Shown here piece after piece: positions 1 to 11,531 of a DNA stretch of 64,000 bases. Each line of letters opens with the position of its first letter. Within the stretch, counting starts at the first letter, position 1. The translations under genes and the position numbers were made by a program. The notes below the pieces were generated by a model. The model was not told the DNA's origin. It worked only from the letters and a program-made list of their open reading frames with translations, and did not search any database. Source of the stretch: an uncultured virus (IMG/VR IMGVR_UViG_3300008117_000046) (taxonomy: Duplodnaviria > Heunggongvirae > Uroviricota > Caudoviricetes); the IMG/VR virus record IMGVR_UViG_3300008117_000046. One strand, written 5' to 3'.

Positions 1-1
1 G

Positions 2-1267
2 GGGTAATTGATTTAAGACCAAACTATATAACTCTCGCCAACGTTGCCAATCAGCTTTTGGTAAATCCATATTTTCAAGAATTAGAGAACTATTTTCTCG
101 CCAACCGTAATTAAATTGTTCACTTAATTGATAGAAAAATTCGTGATAACCGAGGCCAGTTTCTTGGAGAACTTCCACAGTTTTGCTGACCAGTAAAGCG
201 GATTCGGGAGTAAAAATATCCTCAAAACCTAACTTTTTAAGCATCATTTTTTGATAATAAAAATTGTAGTGCTGGTCATAGTTAGCCAAGGCCATATCTA
301 ACTCTAACAAGGAGACAACCATGGCCAGGGGAGATTGCAGTAACTCTAGATTTAAACGACAGATAAAAGGCTGATTACCGTAACTATAGCGACCACCGTA
401 GTCGAAATAGGCCGCCGTAAATTGGGGGTTATAGTAAGGAATAAAAGCGTAGGGACCATAATCAAAACTTTCCCCAGTAATTGACATATTATCGGTATTG
501 AGAACCCCATGACAAAAACCTGCGGCCATCCATTGGGCTGCTAATTTAGCGGTTCTTTCGATTAAAGCGGCGTAAAATTTTAAATAGCGATCGCTATCTT
601 GGGGATCGATTTCAGGATAATAATAAATAATCACATGATCGAGGAGTCTTTTAATTAAATCGGCACGTTTAATATGAAATAAACGCTCAAAAGTCCCGAA
701 ACGAATATGAGAATTACTAACTCGAATCATCACCGAAGATCGCGTCGGGGAAGGTTCATCACCACGCCAGAGGGGTTCCCCCGTTTCCACCAAACTCAAA
801 CAGCGAGAGGTATTCACCCCTAAACCGCGTAAAGCTTCCCCGGCTAAGACTTCTCTAACTCCACCCTTGAGAGTTAACCTACCGTCCGCATGACGGGAAT
901 AGGGGGTCCGTCCCGATCCTTTCGTACCAAAATCGTATAATTTGCCATCAATACCCCTAACTTGACCGTAGAGAAAACCGCGACCATCTCCCAAAAAAGG
1001 ATTATACTCGCCAAATTGATAACCGTGGTAACGCAGGGCTAAAAAGGGGGTAAGGGCTTGAAATTTACCAAAAGCCTCGATAAAATGCTCATCTAAGGTT
1101 AATTCTGGCTGAATTCCCACCAAAGGTAATAAAGCATCATTGCGAAAACGAAGGATATGACGGGGAAAATCCGCAGCCGCAACTTGATCATAGTATTGGC
1201 CCCCCAAATCCTGCATGGCGCTTTCGTAAGGGAGACTGAGAAAGAGATTGGTGAGATGGTCTGTCAT
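2..1267 (-). CDS. selO: Protein adenylyltransferase SelO/YdiU, host gene; 3' end lies outside the window
   Basis: Manual translation from ATG at 1267 ([15 protein letters not shown]...) gives [42 protein letters not shown] and DYGP, all SelO motifs. HIP1 octamer GCGATCGC at 587-594. Confidence 0.95.
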   Translation of the reverse strand, partial: MTDHLTNLFLSLPYESAMQDLGGQYYDQVAAADFPRHILRFRNDALLPLVGIQPELTLDEHFIEAFGKFQALTPFLALRYHGYQFGEYNPFLGDGRGFLYGQVRGIDGKLYDFGTKGSGRTPYSRHADGRLTLKGGVREVLAGEALRGLGVNTSRCLSLVETGEPLWRGDEPSPTRSSVMIRVSNSHIRFGTFERLFHIKRADLIKRLLDHVIIYYYPEIDPQDSDRYLKFYAALIERTAKLAAQWMAAGFCHGVLNTDNMSITGESFDYGPYAFIPYYNPQFTAAYFDYGGRYSYGNQPFICRLNLELLQSPLAMVVSLLELDMALANYDQHYNFYYQKMMLKKLGFEDIFTPESALLVSKTVEVLQETGLGYHEFFYQLSEQFNYGWRENSSLILENMDLPKADWQRWRELYSLVLNQLP

Positions 1268-1497
1268 AGTGGTGGTGTCGATAGAGCTTTGAGACGATAA
1301 AGTGATAAAGAGGGTTAATACTAAATCCGTTGAGTATGCGCTACATATCAGGCCGCTGCTCTCAGGGTTATGATTAAATATGGGGTACTCTAATATTAGA
1401 ATATATAGTGTAGGAGAAAAAAGTCATCCTACAAGTTAGAGTCCAGAGGCGTCTAATATGACTCTTAACATTTAATCCTTACTACAACGCAAATTAT

Positions 1498-3234
1498 ATG
1501 ACTATTCAAGAGACTGCACTAGCATTACCACTACTCCCCAGCATAATAACTGGAGACTCAATGGTAATGGTGCTAATTCGTAATGGAACAGTAACACCAT
1601 ACCGCATTAATCTGAGTACCCTATTACCTGGGCCCGCTACAGCCAGCGTACTAGGTACTATCAGGCTAACCGGCGACTTAGGTGGTACAGCAACAGCGCC
1701 TACCGTACCCGGCCTGGCAACACGAGCCCCTATCAATAACGCAGCACTAACCGGGGCCCCCACTGCTCCCACACCTCCTAGTGGCGACAATAATACGCGG
1801 TTGGCCACTACTGCTTGGGTACGCACGCATATAAATAGCACTGGTATTAATACGCTGAGTGATGTGACTATAACTACTCCTGTTATAGGGCAAAACCTAA
1901 CATGGAATGGCACTAACTGGGTTAATGCTACAGCATCTGGTGGGGGGGATTTACTAGCGCTCAATAATTTAAATGATGTAAATAACAGACAGACTGCGCT
2001 CAATAATCTAATAGATGGTGATAATAATATCCACACTACAGGCACTATTAGGTGGAGCACCAATATAGCTAATATAGGTGGCCTACCACCAGCTAATACC
2101 TACCGAGGTATGTTTGCTGCAGTCAATGACGCGGGGGGTGCCTATTATTCTAATGGTACTGAGTGGCTACGGCTAGATAGAGCGCTGCTCAATGACCTCA
2201 ATGATGTTAATACTGCAGGCGTAACTAATGGTCAGGTTCTAGCATATCAGAGTGGTAACTGGATACCTACTACTCTGGCGGCGGGTCCAGCCACTACTAC
2301 TAATCTACCTGAGGGCGCTAACCTCTATCATACAAGCGCTCGAGTAGATGCGCGTATCGAGCTGGCGGAATTATCTGATCTACTGAATGTCAGCAATACA
2401 GCAGCTACTAATGGGCAGTACCTAGCGTGGAATAGCGCAACTAGTAACTGGGTTCCTACCACACCAACTGGTTCTACTTTCACTAGCCCTCTTACTACTA
2501 AGGGCGATCTACATACATATAGTACTACCAATGCTCGTCTGCCCATAGGGGCTAATGGCACCTTCTTAGTAGCTGACTCTACAACGACGACGGGGCTACG
2601 GTGGCAGGCCCCCGCTGATACTGATGATATAGCTGAGGGTACAACTAATCTCTACTACACTGATGCACGTGTAACTACTAGATTCAATACTCTAATTCCT
2701 GCAGTAGCTAAGGGGGATCTATTGGTACAGGGTGCCACAGTACTAAGTCGGCTCCCTGTAGGCAGCAACGACCAGGTACTACTGGCCGATAGCACTACAG
2801 CCACTGGTTTGCGCTGGGGTACAGTTAATAGTGGAGGCGGCGCTCTGGCAGGTCTATCTGATGTAGCTATTACTAGCCCTGCGCAGGGACAGGTATTGAC
2901 GTGGAATGCCACTACCAGTAGATGGAACGCAGCCAACCTCAGTAATCAGGTATCACTGAATAGGCAGTCTCTCACTGAGGCGCTGACTCTCACACTATCC
3001 AGCGCTGGTACACAACACCTGGACCCTGGTGGTACGAACAGAGATGTATTATTACCGCCTAACCCTACGGTGGGTACGCGTTTCCGTATACTGAATCTGG
3101 CGCCCGCGTTTAATATTCTAGTTAAGAATCCCAATACTAGCGCTACCGTACTGACGCTGGGTAATACCAGCACGAGTATACAGGCAGAGTTCACATGGGA
3201 TGGCGTAGATTGGTACTCTTGGGAACCTGCCTAA
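1498..3234 (+). CDS. Tail fibre protein
   Basis: Thr/Gly/Asn-rich; GAPTAPTP...TRLATTAWV fibre motif; repeated LxDV-x(6)-GQxLx(W/Y) units; duplicated KGDL...RLP(I/V)GxN...ADSTTxTGLRW and EGxxNLY(H/Y)TxARV modules. Confidence 0.8.
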   Translation: MTIQETALALPLLPSIITGDSMVMVLIRNGTVTPYRINLSTLLPGPATASVLGTIRLTGDLGGTATAPTVPGLATRAPINNAALTGAPTAPTPPSGDNNTRLATTAWVRTHINSTGINTLSDVTITTPVIGQNLTWNGTNWVNATASGGGDLLALNNLNDVNNRQTALNNLIDGDNNIHTTGTIRWSTNIANIGGLPPANTYRGMFAAVNDAGGAYYSNGTEWLRLDRALLNDLNDVNTAGVTNGQVLAYQSGNWIPTTLAAGPATTTNLPEGANLYHTSARVDARIELAELSDLLNVSNTAATNGQYLAWNSATSNWVPTTPTGSTFTSPLTTKGDLHTYSTTNARLPIGANGTFLVADSTTTTGLRWQAPADTDDIAEGTTNLYYTDARVTTRFNTLIPAVAKGDLLVQGATVLSRLPVGSNDQVLLADSTTATGLRWGTVNSGGGALAGLSDVAITSPAQGQVLTWNATTSRWNAANLSNQVSLNRQSLTEALTLTLSSAGTQHLDPGGTNRDVLLPPNPTVGTRFRILNLAPAFNILVKNPNTSATVLTLGNTSTSIQAEFTWDGVDWYSWEPA

Positions 3235-3368
3235 CATTCAGGTTAATAGCAGGCGCAGCGTATAGTATAGAGTAGGTAATACTAGCGATACTGCGCTGTC
3301 ACTAGGTACAATAGATCAAACGGTACGGTTAAGCACCGGCGTATGGTATATAACGGGGACTATAATTT

Positions 3369-4382
3369 GTGATTGTAAATATAATGGGACTAGGCCCGCG
3401 CGGCCTATCAGTAGCGTTAGAAGCACTTAATCAAGGTCTATCTGTACGTGCATGGGACCCGAGGCCCCTGAGCAGCTGGAGTAAAGATGAAGTAGTACCC
3501 AATCTACAGATGAGGAGTCCTATCTCCTTTGACCTATGTACTAATATAGAGGGCGCTGATTACAGCCTCTGTCACTACCTACAACGAGAGCCTATACTGG
3601 GGAGCCAGCGTGAGATAGAGGCAGTGCAGGAACGATGCAACAGGGATGTATTCGAGGGCTACTTACAGTGGGCCTTACAACGAGCACTGAGCATGGGTCT
3701 AGAGATAGGCCCCCTAGAGGAGGGCCCCCTGGTTATAGCTACAGGACAACGAGAGCAGCGCGTGCCTGATTGGACAGTGGGTTACGATACTCATACGCTC
3801 AGTCACTACCTGAAGCACCCGGCACTTAATAAACGCCTCCTAGTATTAGGTAGCGGTCAGGGCGCGGCAGAGGCAGTAGCGCACCTAGCGCAGAACAATG
3901 AAGTTACCTGGAGTCACGGGGGGTACCGTATAGATAATTACCCCGCTCCATCCTACGCGCACTGGTATAATAAGACAGCGCTGGGCGGATACTATAGAAC
4001 CCTCCCATTAAATAAACGTGCTGAGTACCTATCTCGTGTTAAGAGATGGGGGCCCAGCATCACGCCATATATAGCCAATGAGCTAGCCCAGTATAATTAC
4101 AAGGAGATACCCCGCATAACTAATAGTAGAGAGATACCGGATGTGGATTCTATTGTATTAGCGACTGGCTTCTACCCATCGTGGCCAATGAATTATCCTG
4201 CTGATCCAATATTAGTTAGATTTCCACTAGTTAAGCCCGGCTTTCGTCTAATAAAGAATGTATATATAACGGGAATAGGGGCTACAGCATACGATGGGCC
4301 TCGTCAGAACTCATTGATTAGCGCTGGTATAACCAGTCGTGAGATAGTCAATGCCATAATAGAAGACGCCATAGTGAGATAA
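3369..4382 (+). CDS. FAD/NAD(P)-dependent oxidoreductase, lysine/ornithine N-monooxygenase-like
   Basis: GLGPRG FAD motif, MRSP, second dinucleotide motif LGSGQGAAE, VLATGF. Confidence 0.8.
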   Translation: MIVNIMGLGPRGLSVALEALNQGLSVRAWDPRPLSSWSKDEVVPNLQMRSPISFDLCTNIEGADYSLCHYLQREPILGSQREIEAVQERCNRDVFEGYLQWALQRALSMGLEIGPLEEGPLVIATGQREQRVPDWTVGYDTHTLSHYLKHPALNKRLLVLGSGQGAAEAVAHLAQNNEVTWSHGGYRIDNYPAPSYAHWYNKTALGGYYRTLPLNKRAEYLSRVKRWGPSITPYIANELAQYNYKEIPRITNSREIPDVDSIVLATGFYPSWPMNYPADPILVRFPLVKPGFRLIKNVYITGIGATAYDGPRQNSLISAGITSREIVNAIIEDAIVR

Positions 4383-4939
4383 TGAGTACTACCATCATAA
4401 GTAAGACTACACCAGAAGGGCGGGTATATCGTCTGATACAGATGAGAGACACACTGCCCTTACGTGTGGGAATAGGCCGCTATACGACATGGGCCCCCGA
4501 TAACCCACTAGATATAGATGAGCCGCCGGATAGACCTATACCGCAGGACCCTGCATTCCTGAGCACACAGGTTATACTACGCCCTCACCGAGTATCACTG
4601 GCCTATAGAGTAGAGAGCGGCGGTGATATTATACAGGGGGACCAGCGCTGGAACATAATACCTAACGATAGAGCTAACCTTATATCACTCCTAGGCTTAT
4701 TACCCCAGGCGTTATACGTAGAAGCAATAGTATCAGGTGAGCAGGTACCCGGGGCCTTCCGTTCTGCATCACTGCTAACTGATGTAGTATTACAAACAGG
4801 CGCGAATACTAATGCTGACTTCTGGCTACCCGGCGAATGGCTCGACACGGGCCCTGCGCAGATGGCACTCCTATTCACCCCCGTGACTCACGCAACCCCT
4901 ACTGACCGCACACGCGTTAAATTCATATTACCTATTTAA
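4382..4939 (+). CDS. Putative baseplate/virion protein
   Basis: Coupled ORF directly upstream of the DUF4815-like gene; call rests on context. Confidence 0.45.
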   Translation: MSTTIISKTTPEGRVYRLIQMRDTLPLRVGIGRYTTWAPDNPLDIDEPPDRPIPQDPAFLSTQVILRPHRVSLAYRVESGGDIIQGDQRWNIIPNDRANLISLLGLLPQALYVEAIVSGEQVPGAFRSASLLTDVVLQTGANTNADFWLPGEWLDTGPAQMALLFTPVTHATPTDRTRVKFILPI

Positions 4940-4942
4940 TCG

Positions 4943-7900
4943 ATGTCTATATTACAAAGACCAGAATACCCCGAGAATTATACCCTCGATAGTAATTGGG
5001 TGAAAGTACTACCAGAGGACGGCCAACCCTTAGTGGCGCAGGACCTCCTAGAGATGCAATCAATAGTGCATGGCCAGTTCCAGACCGGTATGGATACGCT
5101 CTATAGAGATGGTACTATACTCTCGGGTGTAGAGTTAGTCGTCGTAGGTGATGACGGTACGACCATGGATATTCTTATAACTGAAGGCCGTGTATATGCT
5201 GCGGGTGTAGTAGTCAAGACTAAGCCCACGCGCTTTCAGGTATCACGAGAAGGAGAGACTACATTTTATCTCGAGGTCACCACTACCGTACTCGAGGATG
5301 AGAGTATGCGGGCCGGCAATCAATACGGGCCCCGGGGGGCATCTCGATTAGTAGTTAATAGTAGTATAGTCCTTACGGGGCGAGGGTATCCCCTCTACTC
5401 TATACGCAATGGATTACCTATTAATAGAGCGAGGGACCTACCTGGTGGTATTGAGGAGACACTAGCAGAGAGAGTATTTGAGAGACACGGTAACTTCTGC
5501 GTGCGAGGGCTGGACCTAGCGCTACTGGACCGCCCCCGCACTCTAGCTGATACCAGTCTAGTGACGCTCAATGAAAATTACTCTACACTAGAGGCGCGGG
5601 CTACTGAATCACGTAGCCTATATCTAGAGAGTAAGAGTAGACTAGATGGATTACTACTGCGATTAGATGATGCACGGGATATAAGTAGTGTCAGCCCCAC
5701 GCCCGCTAACCTGACTATACTCGCTGATCTTGAGACGCGTGTAGTGGAAGAAGAGGCCCTGGTAGCTACACTAGAGGCTACCTACAGAGAGAGACAGACG
5801 GCAGCACTGGGCGGGCTAGCAGAATTAGAGGAGGCCCGACGTAGGTCAGAGTCTTCACTTGGTATGTCACTGGCACCTGGAGTAGCCTACGTCGTGGGGC
5901 GTAGAGTAGTTATTGATACACCAATAAATCTAGCACTACAGCGTACCACAGATAGTCAGGTAGTAACGGCGGCTACATTTACTTATGCAGGTATAACTGC
6001 TATAGCCAACCGCACCATATCGCTGCAGGGTACCTCCACGTGGGCTAATGTACTAGCACAGGGTACCCAAGTAAGCATAAGCTTTGCTCCTATCAATAAC
6101 TTGACTATAACTGTGACGGCTAATACTTCAGCAGCCACCTCAGTAGAAACCTTCATAGACTACGTAATAGCTCGCATAGCTACTGGTACTGATAGTAATA
6201 GTACTATTACTGGTACCAACATTACTACGGATGCGGCCCGTAATCTACTCCGAGATGCCATAGCCTTCCGCCGTAATGGACTGACACTCGTCATGGAGTC
6301 CATAGGTATAGGTACCACGTCTAACCTAGTGAACATTACCATAGGTATCACTATCACAGGAGGGGCCCCCAGTAATTTACTAGGCGTCGACGTGCCCATC
6401 GGACCCATTGGAGGTGCAGCCAGTACTAATGAGTTTATGTTAACTCGCCGACCCGTCAAGGAGGTAACGCGACTAGTAGCTACGCTCCAGGAGAATACGG
6501 CTGCCATAGTGCGCGGGCCTACACCCGGCACTAGTGACTACCTAGGGCGAGATACTGTATCTAGTGTGAAATCTGTATTCCAGGGCTCTATTAATTACAT
6601 AGAGGGCCGGGACTTCCAGGTTCTCGATGGTGGTAGACTGGAGTGGGCTCCTAATGGCACAGGGGCTATAGAGCCGGCACCTGGTACTACCTATTTTGTG
6701 ACGTATACGTACTCTAGTCAATTAACACTAGGAGTAGATTTCAATCTCCTGACGGCTACTGACACTATAGTATTTACTGGTACACGGAGCCCCGCACCTA
6801 ATACTACATTCCAGGTAGACTATAGTTATTTCCTCAGCCGCATAGCTATAGTGACGCTAGATAAGGAGGGGCAGCCCGCTGTCATATATGGTGAGGTAGG
6901 AGTTAATCCACAGCCTCCTGCTGTTAGTGGTTCAGTACTACCATTAGCACGTGTGCTTATAAGTAATAATAGCGCCATCATTGAGCCTATCGACTGTCGT
7001 CCTGTCAATTACGATAGTATACGGCAGCTAGCCAGCGCTGTATCGTCATTATCAGATGATATAGATAGACTACGACTCACAACTAGAGCAGAGGGGCTGG
7101 CTTTCACTAATACAGGAGCCGTACCTAACTTTACATCTATAGATGCCCTAGTGGATAGTAACGGCATTAACCTAACGGAGAGTACAGGTATGCTCTCACC
7201 TCTAACTAATAGTCTGACATCCAATAGAGTATATAGCGATGTCAGAGCAACGGCTCCCTCGGCTAGACCTAATAACGCAGGAGACCCCTACATTGTAGTA
7301 CCTACATATACAGAGAGTATCTTCCTCGAGCAAACTAAGCTGACGAAAGAGAGAAGTATACAGCAAACTACAGCCCCGCGGTTATTCTGCCGCAGAGTCA
7401 TCATGGCTAATAGCGATCTAGGGCGGATTAACCCCTGCGACGAGCTGGCCGTCCGAGGAGCTGCTCTATTCAGCTCCACTAGTAATCCCCTCTATCGATT
7501 TATCAATGAGGGCAATAGAGCGGAGTTCACGCGGCTATCTCGTCGTGTACGAGAGGCTATATCAGCAGGTGAGGCTATACCAGCTATAGGTGCTAATCTA
7601 ATGGGGAGCGAGGAGATAGATAAGGCGCGGGCCCAGAATATACGATACACTATACGAGGAGAGGGGCTCCCTCAGGCCAGCTATCAACTACTGATAGCTG
7701 ACACTATCATGACTACTGCAGTACCAATTAATAACACACCAATATCGGGCACCCTACCATTCGCGTTCCGGCCCCGATCTAATGGCATACTCGAGATCGA
7801 GTTATTCCTGCCCGCGCTACCCCCCGGTGTCCATGCCGTAGTGCTACAGTCTGATACACTGAGTGTAAGTAATACGATATCGATATTTAATAATAACCTG

Positions 7901-9022
7901 ACCCACGTGGCGCTAGGCGGGGCGGCCTCCTGGGGGTTACCATCATCCTCAATAGATACCCAGCCCCTACCCCTGATGCCGAGGGTAGGCTTCGACCCAC
8001 TGATGCAGACATTTCAGGCACCCTCTGATATGTACCTGAGCAGTCTTGAGATAAGAATAGCATCGGCGCCGGCATCAGGAGCCTTAGTTATATCATTGCG
8101 GGATGGCACAGCTACTACACCGGGGCAGATACTACTAGGAGAGGCTCTTGTCAGTGGAGCGGTATTACCTGATATACAGGGGCGGCTCTGGACTAAATAC
8201 GTATTCCCTACTCCCATCTATCTCAAGGAGGATCAGTATTATACACTAGGCTTCCGCAGTACAGAGGGAGACTGGAGCGTATTCACTAGTGAGATAGGAG
8301 AGGCCGATATACTAGATGCGGGGCTTCTAATAGGACAGCAGCTAGGCATAAATGGTAACATCTGGTCCAGTGACGGTACTATCATCTCTAATCACGAGAG
8401 AGAAGATATTAGTATGCGGCTCTACCGCGCTGTATTCCCGACGACTCCGATTAGTATAGATCTAGGTAGCTACTCTTACAGTATGACGGCCTTCGCCCTC
8501 AATGTACGAGACATAGTACCAGCAGGCTGCACAATAGATTATCAGTACAAGGCGGGCGAAAATCCTAACTGGATATCTATAGCGCCTAATACACCTATAT
8601 GTCTAGATAGAGTAGAGTCTACACTCCTCCTACGTGCAGTATCCACAGGTACAGCAGCCCTAACTCCCATCATAGAAATAGGGACAGTATCCCTCTATCG
8701 TAACCTGTCACCCACGCAGCATATATCTAACTGGCAGCCTATTCTCCAGACGAGTACGAAATTTACAATAGCCATAACAGCACTAATGCCGCCATCGAGT
8801 ACGCTACAAGTAAGGATACAGTTCAGCACAGGGGGCTGGTACGTTCTAAACAACCCAACCACAGTCATACTAGATGCAGGACTAGGACTATCTCGCCTAA
8901 CTTATGAATATGTATCTCCTGGCCCGCGTAGTGGAGAGCTGAAGTGGTCTATAGACGCATTTGGAATTTCGACAACAGACGTGCCATCTATAATGGAGGT
9001 AGTAGTATATGGAACGAACTAA
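4943..9022 (+). CDS. DUF4815-like baseplate/tail structural protein
   Basis: N-terminal KVLPEDGQPLVAQDLLEMQSI, GNFCVRGL, APGVAYVVG, EPAPGTTYFVTYTY and DPLMQTF, typical of this family. Confidence 0.7.
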   Translation: MSILQRPEYPENYTLDSNWVKVLPEDGQPLVAQDLLEMQSIVHGQFQTGMDTLYRDGTILSGVELVVVGDDGTTMDILITEGRVYAAGVVVKTKPTRFQVSREGETTFYLEVTTTVLEDESMRAGNQYGPRGASRLVVNSSIVLTGRGYPLYSIRNGLPINRARDLPGGIEETLAERVFERHGNFCVRGLDLALLDRPRTLADTSLVTLNENYSTLEARATESRSLYLESKSRLDGLLLRLDDARDISSVSPTPANLTILADLETRVVEEEALVATLEATYRERQTAALGGLAELEEARRRSESSLGMSLAPGVAYVVGRRVVIDTPINLALQRTTDSQVVTAATFTYAGITAIANRTISLQGTSTWANVLAQGTQVSISFAPINNLTITVTANTSAATSVETFIDYVIARIATGTDSNSTITGTNITTDAARNLLRDAIAFRRNGLTLVMESIGIGTTSNLVNITIGITITGGAPSNLLGVDVPIGPIGGAASTNEFMLTRRPVKEVTRLVATLQENTAAIVRGPTPGTSDYLGRDTVSSVKSVFQGSINYIEGRDFQVLDGGRLEWAPNGTGAIEPAPGTTYFVTYTYSSQLTLGVDFNLLTATDTIVFTGTRSPAPNTTFQVDYSYFLSRIAIVTLDKEGQPAVIYGEVGVNPQPPAVSGSVLPLARVLISNNSAIIEPIDCRPVNYDSIRQLASAVSSLSDDIDRLRLTTRAEGLAFTNTGAVPNFTSIDALVDSNGINLTESTGMLSPLTNSLTSNRVYSDVRATAPSARPNNAGDPYIVVPTYTESIFLEQTKLTKERSIQQTTAPRLFCRRVIMANSDLGRINPCDELAVRGAALFSSTSNPLYRFINEGNRAEFTRLSRRVREAISAGEAIPAIGANLMGSEEIDKARAQNIRYTIRGEGLPQASYQLLIADTIMTTAVPINNTPISGTLPFAFRPRSNGILEIELFLPALPPGVHAVVLQSDTLSVSNTISIFNNNLTHVALGGAASWGLPSSSIDTQPLPLMPRVGFDPLMQTFQAPSDMYLSSLEIRIASAPASGALVISLRDGTATTPGQILLGEALVSGAVLPDIQGRLWTKYVFPTPIYLKEDQYYTLGFRSTEGDWSVFTSEIGEADILDAGLLIGQQLGINGNIWSSDGTIISNHEREDISMRLYRAVFPTTPISIDLGSYSYSMTAFALNVRDIVPAGCTIDYQYKAGENPNWISIAPNTPICLDRVESTLLLRAVSTGTAALTPIIEIGTVSLYRNLSPTQHISNWQPILQTSTKFTIAITALMPPSSTLQVRIQFSTGGWYVLNNPTTVILDAGLGLSRLTYEYVSPGPRSGELKWSIDAFGISTTDVPSIMEVVVYGTN

Positions 9023-11531
9023 GCTACTATTCACGGATGGCCGGCCCCTACAAGCGCGAGAGCTCATAGAGATGCAGGATCTCTTACACTTGCATGTAGA
9101 GGAAATGAGCCGCAGTCTATACGATGTCTATTACCTAGCGGAGGTAGATATAATATGGGCGCCCCCCAGTCTAACAATACAAGGTGGTCTGATATATATA
9201 GAGGAGGAGGGCTGGTATCGCATTAGCCCAGCCCAGCTAACTATAACCAGTGACGCCAACGTTACACTCCGCATATACCGGATAGATTATGATGGGCGCA
9301 GTATCCTATTTCCTGAACCAGTAGTAGGGCAGGACGGTTACCCATTCCTGCAGATATCGGAGGGCCAGATACTCATATACGATGGTAAGCGATTCAGTCG
9401 GGCCCCGCGCAGTAAAGTAGCATCACTCGAGGAGGCCATAGAGTTAGTAGACAAAGAGGTATACGGCAACTACATACAGCGAGGCCTAGAGGTACTAGGC
9501 CTGCGTTTCGATAATGCGCTAGAGATAGACCTAACACAGAATCAACCTATTCAACGTCTGGCCGTCCAGCCCGGCCGGGCCTTCATAGATGGTAAGATAG
9601 TGGATCTATACGAGCCTGTCTATCTGCCCATGGTGGTTAGTGGTGAGATCGTCATAGATAAGAAAGGTGAGGTGAGAATAGGTACGGGGCCCCTCACGCT
9701 AGCACGTATAAGCAATAGTGAACTAATAGCCAGCGATAATAGATGGGTAGAGCCCGGCCTACTGCGAGATCTACAGGTTAAGTTGAACACACTACGAGAG
9801 GAGGCTATAGATATAGCTCTAGAACGACTTAACTTCTACTCGGGAGCCCCGCGTATTCTAGAGAGCGGCTTTGTAGAATCCTTCCAGAATACACTGGGAA
9901 CTGACATCACAGCTCCTGGTTTTGACTGTGCTATGACAGGTTACATGACATTACCTAGCTCGTACAACACAATCAGGCCCGATAACCTAACTATAGGCGG
10001 TAGTAGTAATGTAACCATAACGGAGTCTGGAGGGAGTCTACAGACGGCATATCTACGGCCTGCCCCTGATCTCATAATTGATCAACGACGTGCTACAGGC
10101 AGTCTGGGATTAGCAGCCCAGACACGAGACGTACGTATGACGCTCAACCCACCAGTAGTAGCACCCGATGCAAGGCGCATCGAGTACCAGCTAGGCCATC
10201 TCACTATAGCCACCGAGGCAGTGCAAGTCACAATCACTATAGAGGGTCTGTTATCTCTAGAGAGTGGTATAGTATTACAAATAGATGGACGGACTCCCCA
10301 GGCTACAGTAACCCGTGGCTCTATAGAAGACGGGCGCTATAGGGCTGATGTCAGTGGCATACTAGTAGCAAATATAGCAGTCCCCTCTAGTAGCGCAGTA
10401 CCATCTATAACAGCAACAGGAAATGGATGGACAATAGGACAGTGTCTGGAGTTTGGTTCCACTGGAGCCCCCGCACCAGCTGTAGTACAGGTCAGGGAGG
10501 GCATGGCACAACTGTTTACTCTATCAACAGCCAATACTATAACGGGTATACGCGTATATCCTGCGGGGGCCATAAGCGCTTGGGTGAGTCTAGTAGCAGC
10601 ACCCAATAATATACCAGAGGAGAGGGAGCTAGGACGGGTCCGCCTGCAGGTAACGAGCGGTAGCCCTGATACACCAGTAGAGTTGACCTTCGACCCGCCC
10701 ATCAATCTAGTGGCAGGTAGTTACTGTGTGGTCATTAGTGCCACTAGCCCGGGCTCTATGCACATCAATACAAACGCACAGCCTGCTATATCACGATACC
10801 AAGAGGGGCCAGACATACCCGGCTACCTCCTGACACGCAGTGGTAGTAACTGGCAGTCACAGACCAATAGTGATCTAACATACCAACTAATAGGAGGGAG
10901 TCTAGGTTCGACAGGTTATATAGACTTCACCTATAGCCCGGCGCCTGAGGCGGATACTCAGGTAGACCTAACACAGCTCAATAGCCTCTGGAGTTATAAC
11001 CTAGGTCAGGGGGGCTCATTCTCTACCTTCTATAAGGAAGGGCAGGAGCTAGTGTCCTTACCAGAGCGAACTACGGAGCTGCCGGATAATCTAGAGATGA
11101 GACTAGTGCTCTTCACTACAGGCACGACACCCATAGTTTACCTCAACAGGAGTATGCTGATTATAGGGCGGGCCCGTTCTAGAGCTACCTGGATCAGCAT
11201 AGATTATCCTACGCGTGACTACACTAATGTCAAGGTTATATACCGCGCCTTCCTACCGCAGGGTAGTAGTGTAGTAGCCAGTGCCAGCTCCAATGGGGGC
11301 CAGACCTGGACTGAAATGCCTACTCCTACCTCTACGCTGGTAGATGGTAATATACCCCTCATTGAGAATGAGACTACATTGTCTGGGCTCACTCCCACTG
11401 TATTAGTGCGTCAGGGTGATAATGATGTACCATTGGTTAGAAATCGCATACGCATTAGATTACAAATAATCGTAAGCGGCACCATAACTATATTACCCTA
11501 TGTCTCGAGCCTACAGTGTCTGACATATTAG
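9009..11531 (+). CDS. Second DUF4815-like structural protein (paralog)
   Basis: LLFTDGRPLQARELIEMQ, GNYIQRGL and PGRAFIDG parallel the upstream gene. Confidence 0.65.
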   Translation: MERTKLLFTDGRPLQARELIEMQDLLHLHVEEMSRSLYDVYYLAEVDIIWAPPSLTIQGGLIYIEEEGWYRISPAQLTITSDANVTLRIYRIDYDGRSILFPEPVVGQDGYPFLQISEGQILIYDGKRFSRAPRSKVASLEEAIELVDKEVYGNYIQRGLEVLGLRFDNALEIDLTQNQPIQRLAVQPGRAFIDGKIVDLYEPVYLPMVVSGEIVIDKKGEVRIGTGPLTLARISNSELIASDNRWVEPGLLRDLQVKLNTLREEAIDIALERLNFYSGAPRILESGFVESFQNTLGTDITAPGFDCAMTGYMTLPSSYNTIRPDNLTIGGSSNVTITESGGSLQTAYLRPAPDLIIDQRRATGSLGLAAQTRDVRMTLNPPVVAPDARRIEYQLGHLTIATEAVQVTITIEGLLSLESGIVLQIDGRTPQATVTRGSIEDGRYRADVSGILVANIAVPSSSAVPSITATGNGWTIGQCLEFGSTGAPAPAVVQVREGMAQLFTLSTANTITGIRVYPAGAISAWVSLVAAPNNIPEERELGRVRLQVTSGSPDTPVELTFDPPINLVAGSYCVVISATSPGSMHINTNAQPAISRYQEGPDIPGYLLTRSGSNWQSQTNSDLTYQLIGGSLGSTGYIDFTYSPAPEADTQVDLTQLNSLWSYNLGQGGSFSTFYKEGQELVSLPERTTELPDNLEMRLVLFTTGTTPIVYLNRSMLIIGRARSRATWISIDYPTRDYTNVKVIYRAFLPQGSSVVASASSNGGQTWTEMPTPTSTLVDGNIPLIENETTLSGLTPTVLVRQGDNDVPLVRNRIRIRLQIIVSGTITILPYVSSLQCLTY

